Origin: an uncultured delta proteobacterium
GTDB taxonomy: Bacteria; Desulfobacterota; RBG-13-43-22
Reading direction: 5' to 3'
NCBI GenBank assembly: GCA_963743305.1
Contig: CAVUPH010000010.1
Location: 32,001 to 96,000, forward strand
Length of the DNA stretch: 64,000 nucleotides
A program made the position numbers and the translations under genes. A model generated the notes under the pieces. The model had not been told where the DNA came from and did not search any database. It worked only from the letters and a program-made list of their open reading frames with translations. Of this stretch, positions 60,769-64,000 are shown one piece after another (within the stretch, counting starts at the first letter, position 1; every line of letters begins with the position of its first letter).

Positions 60769-62446
60769 TTAGGTTGAGGAACAATCCTCTTTAAACACGG
60801 CGCCGGTACTGCCGGAAGTCACCAACTGGGAATAACGATAGAGGTAGCCGCTTTTAATTTTCGGCGGTTGGGGTTTCCATTTTTTCCTTCGCCGTTCCAA
60901 CTCCTCGGGGGAAACCCGCAGGCTTATTTTTTTATTGGGGATATCGATGGCGATACGTATCTCCCTCCCGGACCAAGGCCAGAGGTCCTCCCGACGCCGC
61001 TTCGGGTGAAACATGGCCGATGGCCGCGCCTTGGGTCCCCCCGCTGAACCGTCCATCGGTAATCAAGGCGACCTCCTTGCCCAACCCCATCCCGATGATG
61101 GCGGCGGTGGGGGAAAGCATTTCCTGCATCCCCGGTCCCCCCTTGGGGCCTTCATAGCGTATAATCACCACATCCCCTTTGTGGATCTTCTTGCCCAGGA
61201 TAGCCTGCTGAGCGGCCGGCTCGGAATCAAAGACCCGGGCCGGGCCCTGGTGTTTCAGCATTTCCGGCGCCACCGCGGATTGTTTGACCACCGCACCCTC
61301 GGGGGCCAGGTTGCCGAAAAGGACGGCGATGCCCCCTTCAGCATGATACGGGCGGCTAATCGGGCGAATAACCTCCGGGTCCGTGACGGTCTGGCCTTTT
61401 AAATTTACCGCCAAGGTCGAGGCGGTCGCCGTCAAGACCCGGGTATCCAGCCCCTTCCTTTTGGTGAGTTCCGCCATAAGCGCCGGGATGCCGCCGGCCT
61501 CATGCAGTTCCTGCAGGCTATGTGGACCGGCGGGTATTAAATTGCAGAGATGGGGGGTCTTTTGGCTGATTTGGTTAAAAAGAGTCAGGGGCAGGTTGAT
61601 CCCCGCTTCGGAGGCTATGGCCGGGACATGGAGCACCGTGTTAGTGGAGCAGCCCAGGGCCATATCGACCGCGATGGCGTTTCGAAAGGCCGGCAGGGTG
61701 GCGATGTCCCGGGGGAGAATTTTCTTTTTTAATAATTCCATAATCTTGGTCCCGGCCTGCTTGGCCAGGCGAAGGCGGGCCGCCGAGACGGCGGGGATGG
61801 TGCCGTTTCCGGGGAGTCCTAAACCGATGGCCTCGGTCAGGCAATTCATCGAGTTGGCGGTGAACATTCCGGCGCAGGAACCGCAGCCGGGGCAGGCCGC
61901 GTCCTCCAGTTCCCGCAGCTCCGCGGCCTTTAATTTTCCGGCCTTGACTTGCCCCACCCCTTCGAAGACGCTGACCAGGTGAACGTTTTTCCCGCGCCAG
62001 CGGCCGGTGAGCATGGGGCCCCCGCTGACCATAATGGCCGGGATATTCAGGCGCAGCATGGCCATCAGCATTCCCGGGATGATCTTGTCGCAATTGGGGA
62101 TCAAAACCAGGGCGTCAAAAGGGTGGGCTCGGGCCATAACCTCCACCGAGTCGGCGATCAGCTCCCGGCTGGCCAGGGAATATTTCATGCCTTCGTGGTT
62201 CATGGCAATCCCGTCACAGACGCCGATGGTGGAAAAGGATATAGGCGTCCCACCGGCCATGCGCACCCCGTCTTTCACGGCCTGGCAGATTCGGTCCAGG
62301 TGGATGTGTCCGGGAATGATCTCATTGGCCGAATTGGCTATACCGACCAGCGGCCGGGCGATTTCTTCATCGGTGTAGCCCATGGCTTTAAACAGGGAGC
62401 GATGGGGGGATTTCTCCAGTCCTTTTTTCATGGCGTCGCTGCGCAT
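60769..62446 (-). CDS. ilvD: dihydroxy-acid dehydratase, apparent frameshift near 60960
   Basis: [25 protein letters not shown] and TDGRFSG; C-terminus (IAIDIP...GYLYRY) in ORF 60769..61056. Confidence 0.95.
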
Positions 62447-62634
62447 AGCATCCTCCTTATACTAAAAAATCAACAATAGTTTTTCTGATTAATTCTACTC
62501 CCACTCCTCATTTTTGTCATTCTTCACTCCCCGTCGTCGAATGACCAGGCGGGGGAATTGAATTAATTGAAATACTATAATAAATATGGAAGAATGAAAG
62601 CAAGAAAAAGCGACCCCCCGGGAGAACCCAGGTT

Positions 62635-62870
62635 ATGATCCTTAAACAAACGGGCGAAATAACCTCTTCACCGGGGATACGCTTTTTGTAGGGGCCGTGG
62701 GCCGGACGGATCTTCCGGGCGGGTCGCTGGAGACTTTGCTTCATTCCCTTAAGGATAAGATCCTTACGCTGCCGGATGAGACCGTGGTCCGTCCCGGCCA
62801 TGATTACGGCGATCGACCGACTTCCACTATCGGGAAGGAGAAAAAGGAGAATCCCTATATAAAATCTTAG
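62635..62870 (+). pseudogene. MBL-fold metallo-hydrolase (glyoxalase II-like) with internal deletion
   Basis: ATG ATC CTT AAA CAA (MILKQ) joined out of frame to LFTGDTLFVGAVGRTDLPGGS...PGHDYG...EKKENPYIKS*; the HxHxDH motif is missing; not in the ORF track. Confidence 0.8.
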
Positions 62871-62904
62871 CCAAAAGTAAAAATATTTTTGGCTAAGATT
62901 TTAT
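62859..62904. repeat. 18-bp perfect inverted repeat containing both convergent stop codons
   Basis: ATAAAATCTTAGCCAAAA-N10-TTTTGGCTAAGATTTTAT. Confidence 0.8.
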
Positions 62905-64000
62905 TTCCCGAAAGGATTCTTCCGCGGCGGCCAAGGTTATTTTCCAGATCTTCCCGGGAATGGGCCAGGGAGATGAACAGGGCTTCAAAGGCCGAGGGGG
63001 CCAGGTAAACGCCTCGCTCCCGCATGGCCCGGAAGAATTGCCCGTAAGCCTCGGCCGAAGCCTGCTGTACGGTAGCGAAATCCGTCACCGGTTCCCGGGA
63101 GAAAAAGAAGCTGCCCAGGGATCCGACGCGGGCAACCTGGAAGGGGAGCCCCTGGCTTTGGGCGATGGCCCCCAGCTTACCGAAGAAAAAGGCCGACTTC
63201 TCTTCCAGTTGCGGATAGACGTCCATTTCCGATAAAAGATTCAAGGTAGCCAGGCCGGCGGCCGTGGCCAGGGGATTTCCGGAGAGGGTCCCGGCCTGGT
63301 AGACCGGGCCGACCGGGGCGATCCAGGACATGATTTCCTCCCGTCCGCCGTAAGCCCCAACCGGCAAACCGCCCCCAATGATTTTTCCCAGACAGGTCAG
63401 GTCGGGCCGGATGTTGAAGAGTTCCTGCGCGCCCCCCAGGGCTACCCGAAAACCGGTAATGACCTCGTCAAAGATCAACAGGGAACCGGACTGGGAGGTT
63501 ACCTCGCGGAGTCCTTCCAGAAATCCCGGTCGGGGCGGCACGACCCCCATGTTGCCCGCTACCGGTTCGACGATCAAGGCCGCGATTTGCTCGCCTTTTT
63601 CATGAAAAAGTTGCTGCACGGCATTTAGGTCGTTGTAGGGCAGCGAAACGGTCAGGGCGGCAATTTCCTGAGGAACCCCGGGGCTGCCGGGGATGCCCAG
63701 GGTGGCCACGCCGGAACCGGCTTTGATCAGGAAACTGTCTCCATGCCCGTGGTAGCAGCCGTCAAACTTGACGATTACCGGGCGCTGCGTGTAGGCCCTG
63801 GCCAAACGAACGGCGCTCATGGTAGCCTCCGTCCCGGAGCTCACCAAGCGGACTTTCTCCACCGAAGGCACGGAGGCCACGATTTTTTCAGCCAGGAGTA
63901 CTTCGGCCTCCGTTGGGGCACCATAACTGGTTCCCAGAGACGCGGCCCGGTTGAGGGCCTCGAGGACCCGGGGGTGGGCATGTCCCAAAATCATAGGGCC
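62893..64000 (-). CDS. hemL: glutamate-1-semialdehyde 2,1-aminomutase, 5' end beyond the window, apparent frameshift near 62940
   Basis: SSGTEATM, GCYHGHGD, FDEVITGFR, LGKIIGGGLP and YQAGTLSGNP; the shifted frame ends ITLAAAEESFREIKS*. Confidence 0.95.

Overview
GC-rich window from an anaerobic bacterium, most likely Desulfobacterota (inferred from gene content). It contains five blocks. (1) A sigma54/two-component-controlled hdrC-hdrB-hdrL-mvhD(Sec)-metV-metF operon followed by two more HdrA-like (QmoA/QmoB-like) genes. (2) Two paralogous membrane 'NarI-type cytochrome b + CxxCH + two Fe-S diclusters' fusion genes, each followed by hdrB; one is also followed by a selenocysteine HdrA. (3) A decayed type I restriction-modification island. 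(4) A potassium-uptake island with a KimA-like transporter, a porin, kdpFABC and an extra small peptide. It has no kdpE; KdpD is split into two kinase-less proteins, one fused to a PTS EIIA domain, beside a separate kinase, an NtrC-type regulator and a sigma54 promoter. (5) A glutamate synthase gene with a dual-hairpin/terminator ANTAR leader, with a GAF-ANTAR gene elsewhere in the window. Housekeeping genes include uppP, dedA, amrS, ilvD and hemL. Many single-base frameshifts, including in ilvD and hemL, look like sequencing errors. Several genes have clean internal deletions, and two direct duplications bracket the accessory modules. I saw no rRNA, tRNA, CRISPR array or intact transposase/integrase. 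All family assignments come from motif recognition by eye; no database search was run.
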